DNA of 64,000 nucleotides from Akkermansiaceae bacterium (GTDB lineage: Bacteria; Verrucomicrobiota; Verrucomicrobiia; Verrucomicrobiales; Akkermansiaceae), in the NCBI GenBank assembly GCA_051251915.1, contig JBPOGF010000005.1:96001-160000 (forward strand). The letters are read 5' to 3'. The notes beneath the pieces are model-generated. The model was not told the origin of the DNA. It worked only from the letters and a program-made list of their open reading frames with translations, and made no database searches. Every line of letters begins with the position of its first letter. Within the stretch, counting starts at the first letter, position 1. Shown here piece after piece: positions 1 through 10,213 of this stretch. The position numbers were made by a program, and so were the translations under genes.

Positions 1-168
1 TTGTTCTTCACGGATGTGGAGTGATTTTAGGATGTCCTCACTGTTTTCTCCACCAAGGAGGTCACGTGTGTCGAGGTGGTCGATAAGTTCTTCGATAGCA
101 GGCCAGCGTTCCTCGGCATCCATGCCTAGGAGTATCCTTTCTTTAGTGAGTATGCTGGCTAGTTTCAT
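1..168 (-). CDS. PTS IIA (PtsN/fructose-type) domain protein, 5' part only; runs off the window start
   Basis: Hand translation from ATG at 168: MKLASILTKERILLGMDAEERWPAIEELIDHLDTRDLLGGENSEDILKSLHIREEQ, which resembles a PTS EIIA type-2 N-terminus ending in the conserved RE. Not in the ORF track. Confidence 0.75.
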   Translation of the reverse strand, partial: MKLASILTKERILLGMDAEERWPAIEELIDHLDTRDLLGGENSEDILKSLHIREEQ

Positions 169-354
169 AGGGTGATGTAAAATGCATGATCTGGAGATGG
201 AGACCATTATTGCGGAGACTAGATTTCATAAAGAAGCAGTGCTGTCTAGGTAAAAATCAGTTCTTAGTAGTGATTTACTGTATGACAAGGGGGGTGCGGA
301 TGAGTGAAAAATCGTAATATTCGTTCTGATCTCGCGGTATTTTGTTTAGGTAAG

Positions 355-717
355 TTACATTCGCTGGGCGTTTTTGCCTTCGTCGATGAGGTTCCAGAAG
401 TGCTTGGATTTACTGAGCTCTTCGTCTTCGCCGACGGGGAGTTTAGTGCGGAAAAGGAGGTCTGAGAAGGTGTTCTTGTGTAGCACGCGGTGGACGATGA
501 CATTTTCATCTACTACTTCGAAGTAGACGCGATAGTCACCGGCGCGGAAACGGAAGAGTGTGGTTCCGGCACGTTCTATTTTACCGTAGTTTTCACCATC
601 GATATTTTGGAGCGTGTCTTGGGTTACCTTAAAAGCATCAAGGAGTTCTAGTTGCTCAAGGGTGTCTAGGCGGGAGATCTCTCCGGCACTGATTTCGTTA
701 AATACTATCTGTAGCAC
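355..717 (-). CDS. RelE/ParE-fold protein with C-terminal extension
   Basis: FRFRAGDYRVYFEV...IVHRVLH resembles the RelE R-x-G-D-Y-R-V motif; GTG start. Confidence 0.65.
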   Translation of the reverse strand: MLQIVFNEISAGEISRLDTLEQLELLDAFKVTQDTLQNIDGENYGKIERAGTTLFRFRAGDYRVYFEVVDENVIVHRVLHKNTFSDLLFRTKLPVGEDEELSKSKHFWNLIDEGKNAQRM

Positions 718-752
718 GGGGCAATAGTACAGAGGGGTTAGTAAAAAGCGAT

Positions 753-2795
753 TTATTTTTCCGTCACTTTAAGGCGGATGAAGCGGCGGGCGTGATCACT
801 GACGGGGAGGTTGTCTCTGACGCGTAGGGTGGTGGTGGAGTTTTCTAGAATGTCGGTGGCTTCTGTCCAGTTGCCGCTTTCAAGGTCTGGGGAGAGTTGG
901 ATGGTGTAGGTGATGTTGGACTTGATGGAGGTTCGAGTGACTGTGATCTGGAGGTAGTCTATTCCGTTGTCGGTGACGATGGATGCTTTTGGTGTTGCTG
1001 AGCTTCCATCGGGGTCGGCGGCGGATGTGGGATCTGTGCCGAGGGCGTATTCTGTGAGGTTATTTAGCCCGTCATGGTCAGGGTCTGCGGAGTTGGCGGC
1101 ATCACCTGAGTCTGCTGAGCTGGAGAAGTTGTCCTGGCGCCAGTTCATGAGGGGGCTGAAGGTGGTGGCGGAGGCGACGTTGGTGTAGAATGAGTCGCCA
1201 TTGGAGTTGGTGGCTTTTACGCGGTAGTAGTAGGTTGTGCTTTCTGAGGGAGCGGTGTCGGTGTATGTGATGGTGTTTGCGGGGAGGGTGGCGATGGTGT
1301 TGAATGCTCTACCTGATAGGGGGCTACGCTGGAGTTCGAAGTTGAGTTCGTCATTTGAGTTATCGGTCCAATTTAGGTCAATTTCTGAGTATGGCTGGGC
1401 TGTGGCGGTGAGGAGAGTGGGGGCGTCTGGCGCAGGGACGGAGAAGTTAAATGCGAGGGCGTAGTCTTCTGAGTTGGTGGTTTGGCTTGATCTGCGTTTG
1501 ATGACTTGGATGACGTATCTGCCTGCTGGGAGGTCTCTGGTGTGGATGTGTTCTACGTTGTCTACGGTGCTGATGCTTTGTTCTACTACTGCTCCTGTGT
1601 CTGCATTGTAGAGGATGAGGTCTAGGTTGTTGATATCGGTCTGTCCAGACTGGCGGTGCCACACTAGAGTTGTGGTGAGATCATAGAGGGGACTGGTGCT
1701 GGATGGGATGTCGAAGTAGTAGTTGTCTATTCGGTCGTTGGCTGGGAGGAATGTTTGAATGGTGGAGAAGTTCCAGCCACTTGGTGATGAGACGTTACCT
1801 GCTTGGCCGCTGGCAGGGGTGTAAGTGGGTGCAATGGAGCTGTTTTGGGAGGAGGTTGGGCTGTGTTTTCCTCCTTGGAGTATGAGGTGTGAGTTGTTGA
1901 CGTTGAGCATTCCGGCGCCTCTTCTGGTATCTAGTGGATGGGTGGTGGTGTTAGACCATGCGGTGTCTTTGACGGCGCCATTTAAGAGGAGTGCTTTGAT
2001 GGTGCGGATGTCTGAGGCTGATGTGGCTGTGCCTGTTCCACCGTCTAGAAGGAGTGCTGCTTCGATAAGTATGGTGGCGCTACCGGCGACATATGGGGTG
2101 GAGTAGCTTGAGGCTGAGCCTGGTGCGATGAGTTCAGGTTTAGAGCGACCATCGGTGGGGTTTGGGCTGTGGTTGAGGTCTTCTTTACCGACTGCGATAC
2201 CATTGTATGAGGTTGCGGGGCTGGCGATAGCGATTCCTGTGCTATTTTGTATTCCGTTTACAAAGAGTGTTTGGTAGAGGTCTGCGTAGTTATCGTACAA
2301 TCGATCTGCGGTAGTGTCTTGAGCTCCAAAGACGAAGCTTTGGTTGATAACTTTGGCGTTGATGTTGGTGCTTGTTGCTATGATGTTGGTGTAGAATGTG
2401 TTTGCGTTGAATACATAGATTTCAGCTACATCGGTGGCTACTCCTGTGTTGGTGTCAAAGTAGTTATTTGCAACTAGGTTTGCGTGGCCAGATTGTTTTT
2501 TAGACTCGTAATCACTGGGTGTGAGATAGGTATTATCGCTATCAAAGTATGAGAATTTGCTGGGATCTTGTGATGCGGTAGCAGGGTTGGGTTGGTAAAT
2601 CTCATAATCGATGGCTTCGTTTGTGTTAGAGTCTGCCTCGATTTGGGCGATTCTGAGACCAGAGCCATTGAGGCCCGGCTCGCGGGTGAGGAGGTCTGTG
2701 AGACCGATGGTTTCTTTTTCGTCCGCTGTGAGTAGTGAGGAGGAGCTGAGGAAAAGAGCGAGGGGGAGGCTTAGGCTTAGGAAAGGAGGCTTCAT
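753..2795 (-). CDS. Secreted S8 (subtilisin-like) peptidase-family protein with FN3 domain and verrucomicrobial C-terminal domain
   Basis: Signal peptide from MKPPFL (ATG 2795; ORF track extends to 2849). Motifs GSGLRIAQIE, SGHA, KPELIAPG..SSYSTPYVAG, GAGMLN; FN3 (LNWTDNS..YYYRVKATN); DPDHDG..EYALGTDP and terminal RFIRLKV. Confidence 0.75.
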   Translation of the reverse strand: MKPPFLSLSLPLALFLSSSSLLTADEKETIGLTDLLTREPGLNGSGLRIAQIEADSNTNEAIDYEIYQPNPATASQDPSKFSYFDSDNTYLTPSDYESKKQSGHANLVANNYFDTNTGVATDVAEIYVFNANTFYTNIIATSTNINAKVINQSFVFGAQDTTADRLYDNYADLYQTLFVNGIQNSTGIAIASPATSYNGIAVGKEDLNHSPNPTDGRSKPELIAPGSASSYSTPYVAGSATILIEAALLLDGGTGTATSASDIRTIKALLLNGAVKDTAWSNTTTHPLDTRRGAGMLNVNNSHLILQGGKHSPTSSQNSSIAPTYTPASGQAGNVSSPSGWNFSTIQTFLPANDRIDNYYFDIPSSTSPLYDLTTTLVWHRQSGQTDINNLDLILYNADTGAVVEQSISTVDNVEHIHTRDLPAGRYVIQVIKRRSSQTTNSEDYALAFNFSVPAPDAPTLLTATAQPYSEIDLNWTDNSNDELNFELQRSPLSGRAFNTIATLPANTITYTDTAPSESTTYYYRVKATNSNGDSFYTNVASATTFSPLMNWRQDNFSSSADSGDAANSADPDHDGLNNLTEYALGTDPTSAADPDGSSATPKASIVTDNGIDYLQITVTRTSIKSNITYTIQLSPDLESGNWTEATDILENSTTTLRVRDNLPVSDHARRFIRLKVTEK

Positions 2796-2903
2796 GATAA
2801 AGAGGGTATTAGCTATGTATCCTAAGATAGTGGGCTTGCTGGAATTCACAAGGAAATTGTATATACAATGCAGTTGCAGCGTGTGCTAGGGGATGGTGGC
2901 TAG

Positions 2904-3410
2904 CTAGTTGTTCCAGAGGTAAGATTCCTTGGTGGAGATGATTTGGCCTCCGTAGATGAGGTCCGTGCGCCAGGCTAGTATTCTTCCGCCTATGCTGTAG
3001 TCTTTGCCAATGTTGTTGAATGCCCACTTGCCTTGTTTGGTTCCGATGGGGTAGGTCTTTGCTGCGGTGATGATTTTTGAGCCTGTGGAGGCTTGCTTAT
3101 AGCGGAAGACGAGCTGGGCTTGTCTGTTCCAGTCTGTGATCTCTGGTTGGTCTAGTAGGTTCCAGCGAATGCGGTAGTATTGTCCGATGCGTTGTTGGTG
3201 TTCTTTGATGGAGACAGCTCCGTAGAGGCGTTTTTGTTGATCACCTCTGACCATGGCGGCGTCGTTATCTTCAATTTTGATGGAGCGGAGGGTGAATTTA
3301 TCCACATAGAGGTTTTGATTTTCTGTGGAGCATCCAATGGTTCCGAAGAGAGCTCCGGAAATGATACAGATACTTGTGAAAAATCTTTTTAGCATGTCCC
3401 ATTCAGGCAT
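2904..3410 (-). CDS. Hypothetical lipoprotein
   Basis: Hydrophobic N-terminus with lipobox-like TIGC; start may be the second Met. Confidence 0.6.
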   Translation of the reverse strand: MPEWDMLKRFFTSICIISGALFGTIGCSTENQNLYVDKFTLRSIKIEDNDAAMVRGDQQKRLYGAVSIKEHQQRIGQYYRIRWNLLDQPEITDWNRQAQLVFRYKQASTGSKIITAAKTYPIGTKQGKWAFNNIGKDYSIGGRILAWRTDLIYGGQIISTKESYLWNN

Positions 3411-3501
3411 CTAATGAGGTGCTTGCCAATGCTGAATCTGTTTATGGTGTAATTTTCTATTCCCAAAGAGGGAGGAGTTGGTATAACTCTTGAATAAGAA
3501 A

Positions 3502-4011
3502 ATGACAGAAACCCCAATCATAGCAGAAATCCTGGATAAATTGAATCTCTTCATTAAGCGAAAGGGGCTTAGGCGCACACCGCAGCGAGATGAGATTGTG
3601 ACGTTAATTTTTAGTAAGGATGAGCATTTTACAGCAGATGAGTTGTATGATCGTATTCGTAAGAATAATTCTTCAGCGTCGAGAGCTACTTTGTATCGGA
3701 CGCTGAGCCTACTGGAGGAGGCTGGGTTGTTACATGAGATAGATCTTGGGGGGGATCAGAAAACGTATGATCCTAATTTTGTTGATTCGCCATCGCATAA
3801 CCATTTGATCTGTATCGACTGTGGGAAGGTGGTGGAGTTTGAGGATGATAACATTGAGATTCTCAATGACTGTATCACTAGGAGGATGGGATTCCGGCCG
3901 GCGAAGCAGTCTATCCGCATCGAGGCGTGTTGTGAGACATTGCGAAGCTCGGGTGTGTGCAAGGATTTGATTCAGGCGAGACTTTCTAGTAAGAAAATTC
4001 ACAAGAAATAG
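3502..4011 (+). CDS. fur: Fur-family transcriptional regulator
   Basis: GLRRTPQR, HFTADELY, SRATLYRTL, HNHLICIDCGKVVEF. ATG 3502 preferred over TTG 3490. Fur versus Zur/PerR subfamily not resolved. Confidence 0.9.
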   Translation: MTETPIIAEILDKLNLFIKRKGLRRTPQRDEIVTLIFSKDEHFTADELYDRIRKNNSSASRATLYRTLSLLEEAGLLHEIDLGGDQKTYDPNFVDSPSHNHLICIDCGKVVEFEDDNIEILNDCITRRMGFRPAKQSIRIEACCETLRSSGVCKDLIQARLSSKKIHKK

Positions 4012-4020
4012 ATAGATAAT

Positions 4021-4842
4021 ATGAGTTTGGCAAAGATTAAAAGACAGGGTAGTGATGTAGAAATCGCATACGAGGTGATAGGGAAAGCAGGTGAGGGGTA
4101 TCCTCTTGCGTTCATGCATGGTCTTGGGGCGGGTAGGGCGCAGACGACTTCTGCGCTGACTTCTTTGCGTGATACGCTGTTGATAGCTCCGGATATGTTG
4201 GGGCATGGAGATTCAGTTTCAGAGGATTCGGATGCTGTTATGAGCTTCGATCAGAGTGCGGATGATGTGATTGCTATTTTAGATCATTTGGGAATTGAGA
4301 AGTCGAACATTGGTGGTCTTTCGATGGGGTCTGGGATTGCTCTTAATATTGCATTACGTTATCCAGAGCGGGTGAATCAATTGATTTTGCTTCGTCCATC
4401 ATGGCTTGATCAGAAGAAGCCGGCGCATTTGGCATTAGTGGCTTATGTGGGTCAATGGATTATTGAGGATGGTGCGGAGGTGGCTGAGGAAAAGCTTATT
4501 TCTCACCCAGATTACCTTGCTCTATATGCGGAGGTTCCTAAGGTGGCGGAGTCTATCCGGGGGTTATTTAAACGTCCGGATCATTTATCACATACGGCGG
4601 TGCTGTATAAGATGTGGGAGGATGCGCCGTTTAGCGCATTAGAGAATTTGGCTCAGATCCAGCATGATGCGTTGGTGCTGTATACGACGCGAGATAATCT
4701 GCACCCCATACCGGTGGCTGAGAGTGTGGCGAATGCATTGCCAAATCTTAAGAGCATGCAGGAGTTGCCGCCGCGATATGATCAGTCGGAGGAGTATACC
4801 GTTGCTCTGAATGAGGCCTTGAATGGTTTCTTTCACCATTGA
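4021..4842 (+). CDS. Alpha/beta-fold hydrolase
   Basis: FMHGLG, APDMLGHGDS, nucleophile elbow GLSMG, RYPERV. Confidence 0.85.
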   Translation: MSLAKIKRQGSDVEIAYEVIGKAGEGYPLAFMHGLGAGRAQTTSALTSLRDTLLIAPDMLGHGDSVSEDSDAVMSFDQSADDVIAILDHLGIEKSNIGGLSMGSGIALNIALRYPERVNQLILLRPSWLDQKKPAHLALVAYVGQWIIEDGAEVAEEKLISHPDYLALYAEVPKVAESIRGLFKRPDHLSHTAVLYKMWEDAPFSALENLAQIQHDALVLYTTRDNLHPIPVAESVANALPNLKSMQELPPRYDQSEEYTVALNEALNGFFHH

Positions 4843-6200
4843 GAGGAATAACTTACCTCTAGCTCAGCACGGGCTTCTGCTTGGTAGATTATTTTACCAG
4901 TCTTTTCGGTGAAAAGCGCGTGGACATCAAATTTTCTGGAGCGGATCATTTGATCAATGAGGTCTTCGGCTGAAATGCACATTCTGCCGGAGCGCTCATT
5001 GAGTGAAAACTGGAGGCCGTTTACTCCGTGATATGCGCGGTAGACTAGCTCGGTGCAGGCTAGGCGGTTTGCTTTGGTGAAATCGAACAGGAAATCATAG
5101 CGTTTTCCGGCGTGACTCATGGCAGTTTGGATGGCTTGTGAGAGATATTCTGGGTCTAAGTTGGCTCGGATTACCACAAAACTATCTACATTTAAGGTTT
5201 CGTGGAGTGGGCGAAATTTGACTCCGTCTTTCTTAGATTCTATAATTTCGTGCTCTGGTGAGGATGAAATAGGGATTTTTAAGGTTTCTAGCTGGGCGGG
5301 ATTTCCCATGTAAAAGGCTGCGTGTGGCCAGTATCCGGGGAGGAATAAATTGCTGAGGGCGTCGTCATGACGGGTGATGATAATGTCTCCGGGGATGAGG
5401 TGGGCGCGGATTTCTGAGAGAAATTCTGGGGTGACCCTCTTGGTTCCTTTTGTTAAACTGTTAGATTTTTTCATTGGCTGTTTCAACTCGGCGACAGCAC
5501 TTCCTGTTAGGCGGAAAAGTTGAAACATGGCTTTCTTGTAGCCGGATGAATTTCTCCTCACGATATCGTAGATTCTGTAACGTAATCTGAGGCGTAAATA
5601 ATCTCTTTTACGTGATTCTATAAAGGGGGACTCTTCTATGAGGAGGAGGATTAATTCTTGATCTAGCTCACTTAGTTCAGCGAGTGCGAGGATTTCAGGT
5701 TTGGAGCTTTCGAAGAACCGGGTGGCGTGATGAAACTGGCTCATTTTCTTGGTTGATGAAAGGCTCTCGTAAAGTCGGCTGATGGTCTTCCGTTCTATAC
5801 CATACCTTAGTTCAGACTCATCGAGCTTGTTCCAGATCACGGGGTTTTGGCGTGCTAGAGTGATGATGTATTTGGTGGATCGCACTAATAGACAACCAGC
5901 TGTAAAGCCGACGGCGAAGGTGCGGAGTTCGTTTCTCCAGTTCAGTTTGTTTCTTAATACAGGCATGATGGAATCGATTGATTCCACGAGGATGGAGCGT
6001 GCGCGTAGATAGGCTGCGAAAACGGAACGTAGACGGTCATCTTCGTCTGGTAGATAATAGGATCTCGCGGACGCTCTAACAGAATCTTCGATCACTGCTG
6101 TTAGATCACGTTCTTGTGGGATTGCTTGCGCGGCGGAGACGACTTGTTCCATCGTCCGCTCAATTTTACATTCATCATTCTGCGCTTCATTTTTGTGCAT
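4833..6200 (-). CDS. YiiX/YebB-like permuted papain (NlpC/P60) hydrolase with long N-terminal helical region
   Basis: PGDIIITR, PGYWPHAAFY (His), YDFLFDF...LACTELV (Cys), i.e. the permuted His-before-Cys order. Confidence 0.75.
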   Translation of the reverse strand: MHKNEAQNDECKIERTMEQVVSAAQAIPQERDLTAVIEDSVRASARSYYLPDEDDRLRSVFAAYLRARSILVESIDSIMPVLRNKLNWRNELRTFAVGFTAGCLLVRSTKYIITLARQNPVIWNKLDESELRYGIERKTISRLYESLSSTKKMSQFHHATRFFESSKPEILALAELSELDQELILLLIEESPFIESRKRDYLRLRLRYRIYDIVRRNSSGYKKAMFQLFRLTGSAVAELKQPMKKSNSLTKGTKRVTPEFLSEIRAHLIPGDIIITRHDDALSNLFLPGYWPHAAFYMGNPAQLETLKIPISSSPEHEIIESKKDGVKFRPLHETLNVDSFVVIRANLDPEYLSQAIQTAMSHAGKRYDFLFDFTKANRLACTELVYRAYHGVNGLQFSLNERSGRMCISAEDLIDQMIRSRKFDVHALFTEKTGKIIYQAEARAELEVSYSSQW

Positions 6201-6418
6201 CTAACAAACAGTATGCTGAGTGCGAAATGAATGTCAAACTTGATCAATAGGGGGGTGGCGAGTGTCTAACAGAAATGGATGTTATTAAATGGGGAAGTAG
6301 GCGCTCTATTAGTTATCAGAGTCTCATTGTGCAAGAACAAATCTCTTATGTACGTAAGAAAAGATTTATTCCTTTTATCTTTACAACTTAAGCGACTTTA
6401 GCGAAAATAATAGGTGCA

Positions 6419-6694
6419 ATGAATAAAGCAGAACTCGTAGAATCCGTACAGAAGGCTCTTGGGAAAGAGACAACAAAGCGTCTTGCAGAAGAGGCAGTAG
6501 CAGCCGTACTTACTTCAATCGCTAAAGGCGTGAAGAAAGACAAGAAGGTCCAGCTCATTGGGTTTGGTACTTTCGAGGTGAAGAAGCGTGCAGCTCGTAT
6601 GGGCCGTAACCCTAAGACTGGTGAGTCAATGAAGATCAAAGCTTCAAAGACTGTTGGTTTTAAGTGCTCTTCAAATCTTAAAGCTTCTCTCTAG
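6419..6694 (+). CDS. hup: DNA-binding protein HU
   Basis: MNKAELVE...VQLIGFGTFEVKKRAARMGRNPKTGE signature. Confidence 0.95.
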   Translation: MNKAELVESVQKALGKETTKRLAEEAVAAVLTSIAKGVKKDKKVQLIGFGTFEVKKRAARMGRNPKTGESMKIKASKTVGFKCSSNLKASL

Positions 6695-6719
6695 TAGCAA
6701 GTTATAGATAATATACTTC

Positions 6720-6760
6720 AAGAGCTCTACGCGGTCACCGTGTGGAGCTTTTTTATTTTA
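6720..6760 (+). terminator. Intrinsic terminator after HU
   Basis: AGCTCTACGCGG-tca-CCGTGTGGAGCT stem (with G-U pairs) followed by a T run. Confidence 0.8.
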
Positions 6761-6830
6761 AGGTAGCGGAGTCAGTCTGTGAGTGGGGATGGTGCTTAGG
6801 TTCTCTACCTCTGATTCATCTTTCTAGCTT

Positions 6831-9035
6831 CTAGGTTGAGAATGACCAGATTTCTCCAGTTTGTTTGGTTCCGTCAGCTAGTATGGTGTCTACTCGCCAA
6901 TAATAGGTTGTACGCTTTTTTAATGCGGATCCTTTTACGGGGCGGACGATATTTTTAATGCTAGGTAATGTTTCGATGAGTTTTAGCTTATCATGAGATT
7001 CACCAAAATAGACTTTTGAGCTTATTCCTTTCATACCTTGTAGGTAGATAAGGTCCGTATTTATGGGGGTGTTCTTGGATTTATTTTTTGGGATGGGCAT
7101 TGAGGCTTGTTTTGAGATATAGCCTGGAATCCAGTAGAATTCATCTCCGTGCTCATAGGCTCCGATATCTGGTGCTTTTCCATTAAATTTATCGGTGACA
7201 TAGATTTTCTCTCCATTTACTGAGCAGGTGACGCGAGTGCCCGTATCGATGAGGCCCTTTTGGCCAGGTCTTGGGCGAAAGTCCCAGTTTTTGACATCAC
7301 GAAGCATTTTAGACATAGCGGAATGACCTTTAGTTTCAGCGCTGTAGTTGTGGGAATCTTCACCGGGGATTTTTAATGGGCTGATCACATCGGCTGCATT
7401 ATTTTGTGTGATTGTATTAGCGTTTCCTCCTTTTTCTACGGATACATTGAGGTCTGAGTGCCTAAAGATGTTGAGGTTATTGTAGACCTCGTGGTGGTCG
7501 CCTTTGAGGCGGAATCCTTTACCGACGGCTACACGTTTCATTAGATTTCCTACTCCAACGTTGCGGTAGAAGTTGGCGTGTTTACCTAAGACTTTTGGTT
7601 GGTTGATGCCGTCCCAGCGGAAATCTCTTTGTTTGTTGTCGATGAACCAATTATAGCGTCCTACACTCTCCCATACACTTTCATTTGCGATGTAGACTGA
7701 GGAGCCGTCTTTTTCTAAGAGTCCGCAATGGGTGTGGAAATTGTATTCACAGACGATGGGATTTAGTTTTCCGTCGCGATAGCGGTAACTGCCAAAGGCC
7801 TGAGCTTTACCTGCGGTGTGGATGGTGTTGCGCCGGTATATCAATCCATCTGATTGATGGACGTTAACTGTCGATCTGGATGCGGCGCATGCATAGTCTA
7901 TGTTTCTGAATAAGTTATTATTGATGATCATGTTACGCATGTGATTACATGCTAAACCACAGGCGTCAGAGTTTCTGAATGTGTTGTACTGCACTATGAC
8001 ATCTTCACAGAAATCTGCCTTTGACCCGAAGAATTCTGCGGTTCTGGAGCCATTGATGTCTCCGAGTGAGCGCTTGGAGGCGGAATAATAGTTAAAGTTA
8101 CAATTCTGAATTATGATTCCGTCTGAGCTCTTGAAGTGGAATGCTGTGGCGAAGAAGTTGATGCCATCTATTGTTACGCATTTGGTGTCTGCGTTTCCAG
8201 TGAAGGCGTGATCATGGGTCTTTGATCTGAGTTTGAGCTCATTTGGGTGTTTGCCTGCTATTGGCCAGAAGTAGAGAGTTTTAGTCTTTTCATCGAAGGC
8301 CCATTCTTGCTCTGAATCTAGGAGGACACGTTCGGCGTTGCCAACTCCTCCTTCAATGAAGTAGCTTTTGGAGGTTTTCATACCAATCCAAGCAGGGCTA
8401 AATTTGAAGGTTTTTGCTTTTGGTCGATGTTTTTGAATCACGTATGGACGAGTTAGGTGGTCCTGAAAATTTAGTACAGCGACGCATCCGGTGAGTGGTC
8501 TCCAAAGTTTTTGATACAGGGCGATGCCCTTTGCCGTGGCGATGACTTCGTCTTTCATAGATGCGGGATCTTTTTCGAGTCGGGCGATGTGGGGGGTAAA
8601 GGCTGCTTTGGAAAATGCGAGAGCATTTGGTAGGCGGGCGAGAGTCATGATCAGATCATCGGCGAATAGCTGGGTGACATTGTGAGGGGTTTTTGTTTTA
8701 TAGATATTTCCTTTATCTTTTGTCCATTTAGCTTCTAATTTGATGGTTCCATCCATGGTGACCTGTTCATCTTGATAATTTGTGATGGTGATGGGATTTT
8801 TTGGAAAGCCTCTTTTATTGTTAAGGTTAACTGTTTCGTGATACGTGCCACCTCTGATGAAACAGGTGTCGCCGGCGCGCATCAAATCTACTGCACTTTG
8901 AATGGATGACAGGGGTTCTTCTATACTGCCTTTTGCACCTGCTTTTCCTGAGTTGGAAACGTAAAAGTCTCTTGCGCTGGCCTGAGACAGGATGCTGATG
9001 AATGAGATTGTGTAGAGTAGAGAGAGAATTTTCAT
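6831..9035 (-). CDS. Secreted right-handed parallel beta-helix protein (pectin-lyase-like fold)
   Basis: Signal peptide; FYVS..GSIEEPLSSIQSAV..AGDTCFIRGGTYHE; Asn-rich repeats; APDIGAYE; terminal YYWRVD..GEIWSF module. Confidence 0.75.
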   Translation of the reverse strand: MKILSLLYTISFISILSQASARDFYVSNSGKAGAKGSIEEPLSSIQSAVDLMRAGDTCFIRGGTYHETVNLNNKRGFPKNPITITNYQDEQVTMDGTIKLEAKWTKDKGNIYKTKTPHNVTQLFADDLIMTLARLPNALAFSKAAFTPHIARLEKDPASMKDEVIATAKGIALYQKLWRPLTGCVAVLNFQDHLTRPYVIQKHRPKAKTFKFSPAWIGMKTSKSYFIEGGVGNAERVLLDSEQEWAFDEKTKTLYFWPIAGKHPNELKLRSKTHDHAFTGNADTKCVTIDGINFFATAFHFKSSDGIIIQNCNFNYYSASKRSLGDINGSRTAEFFGSKADFCEDVIVQYNTFRNSDACGLACNHMRNMIINNNLFRNIDYACAASRSTVNVHQSDGLIYRRNTIHTAGKAQAFGSYRYRDGKLNPIVCEYNFHTHCGLLEKDGSSVYIANESVWESVGRYNWFIDNKQRDFRWDGINQPKVLGKHANFYRNVGVGNLMKRVAVGKGFRLKGDHHEVYNNLNIFRHSDLNVSVEKGGNANTITQNNAADVISPLKIPGEDSHNYSAETKGHSAMSKMLRDVKNWDFRPRPGQKGLIDTGTRVTCSVNGEKIYVTDKFNGKAPDIGAYEHGDEFYWIPGYISKQASMPIPKNKSKNTPINTDLIYLQGMKGISSKVYFGESHDKLKLIETLPSIKNIVRPVKGSALKKRTTYYWRVDTILADGTKQTGEIWSFST

Positions 9036-9240
9036 AAATAGGGGAGTTGGGCATTATAGTTGTCATACAGAAAATGACTTATCTTTTTTGGCTTCACAAG
9101 GAAGAAACTTAAATTAACCAAAACACGCATATTCTCAATAGATTAGAATAAGTTTTGTAGGCACAGAGGAGATCTAGTAAATCACTGGTAATACTTGCAA
9201 TACCAAGATTTAACGCTAGAGTGACTTTAACGTATCCGCT

Positions 9241-10182
9241 ATGAAAACAGCACACAGAATTTCTATCTCTCTCGCAGGCAAGGTCCTCGGAGCTATCCTC
9301 GGTTTTTTCTTACTCTCTTGCGCCGCTAGTGCGCAGGATGCACCAGCGACGAGCACTGGACCGGCCCCTATCGACATCAATGTCTATGAGTTGATTAAAA
9401 ATCAAGGAGGACCAATTATTTATCCATTGGCGATTATTTCTGTGGTGACTGTGGTGTTGATTTTCTTCTTCTTTATCACGATTCGTGGAAATCGTGTGGT
9501 TAGTGACCGGTTCATGCGTAATGCTGAGATTCTTATTCGCAAGGAGGATTATTTAGGACTGATCACTGAGTGTAATCGAACCAATGAAAGCATGGCTCGT
9601 ATCGCTGAAAATGCGGTGGAGTTTATGACTAAAAATACTGGTGTGTCTTTCACTGAAGTTAGGGAAGTGGCTATGGCTGAGGGTTCTAGACAATCTAGTA
9701 TGCTGAATAACCGCATCAGTTACCTTTCTGATATTGGTTCTATTTCTACTATGCTAGGTCTGCTTGGAACAGTGATAGGTATGATTGTGACTTTCATCCG
9801 TATTTCTCAGGGGAACGTGGATGGTGTGCAGCAGATGAAGGTGGCTGAGGGGGTTTACCCTGCTTTAATCACTACTGGGATAGGGCTTAGCATTGGTATT
9901 ATTGCGTTGCTCTTCTATTCGATTTTCCGAGGTAAGGTGCAGAAGTACATTTCTGATTTGGAGTCAGCGTCGACTCATTTGTTGGCGCTGTTAGCGGCTC
10001 AGCATGACAAGCGGCATGGAAGATTAAATTCAGCTGCCGCAAATAGGCAGCGGGATGTGAGTAGACAATATTTTGAAGATGAAGATATAGCGGATCTTAG
10101 TGAAGGTTTTGCGATGCCTGAGAAGCGCGGAAGCCGTGCCACTGACGAGGGTTACCAAGGCCATATTCCGAGCAAACTATAG
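9241..10182 (+). CDS. MotA/TolQ/ExbB proton-channel family protein
   Basis: STMLGLLGTVIGMIVTF, ALITTGIGL; three TM segments. Confidence 0.9.
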   Translation: MKTAHRISISLAGKVLGAILGFFLLSCAASAQDAPATSTGPAPIDINVYELIKNQGGPIIYPLAIISVVTVVLIFFFFITIRGNRVVSDRFMRNAEILIRKEDYLGLITECNRTNESMARIAENAVEFMTKNTGVSFTEVREVAMAEGSRQSSMLNNRISYLSDIGSISTMLGLLGTVIGMIVTFIRISQGNVDGVQQMKVAEGVYPALITTGIGLSIGIIALLFYSIFRGKVQKYISDLESASTHLLALLAAQHDKRHGRLNSAAANRQRDVSRQYFEDEDIADLSEGFAMPEKRGSRATDEGYQGHIPSKL

Positions 10183-10213
10183 AGAGTAATCTTAGAACCT
10201 ATTTTTAGAATCG

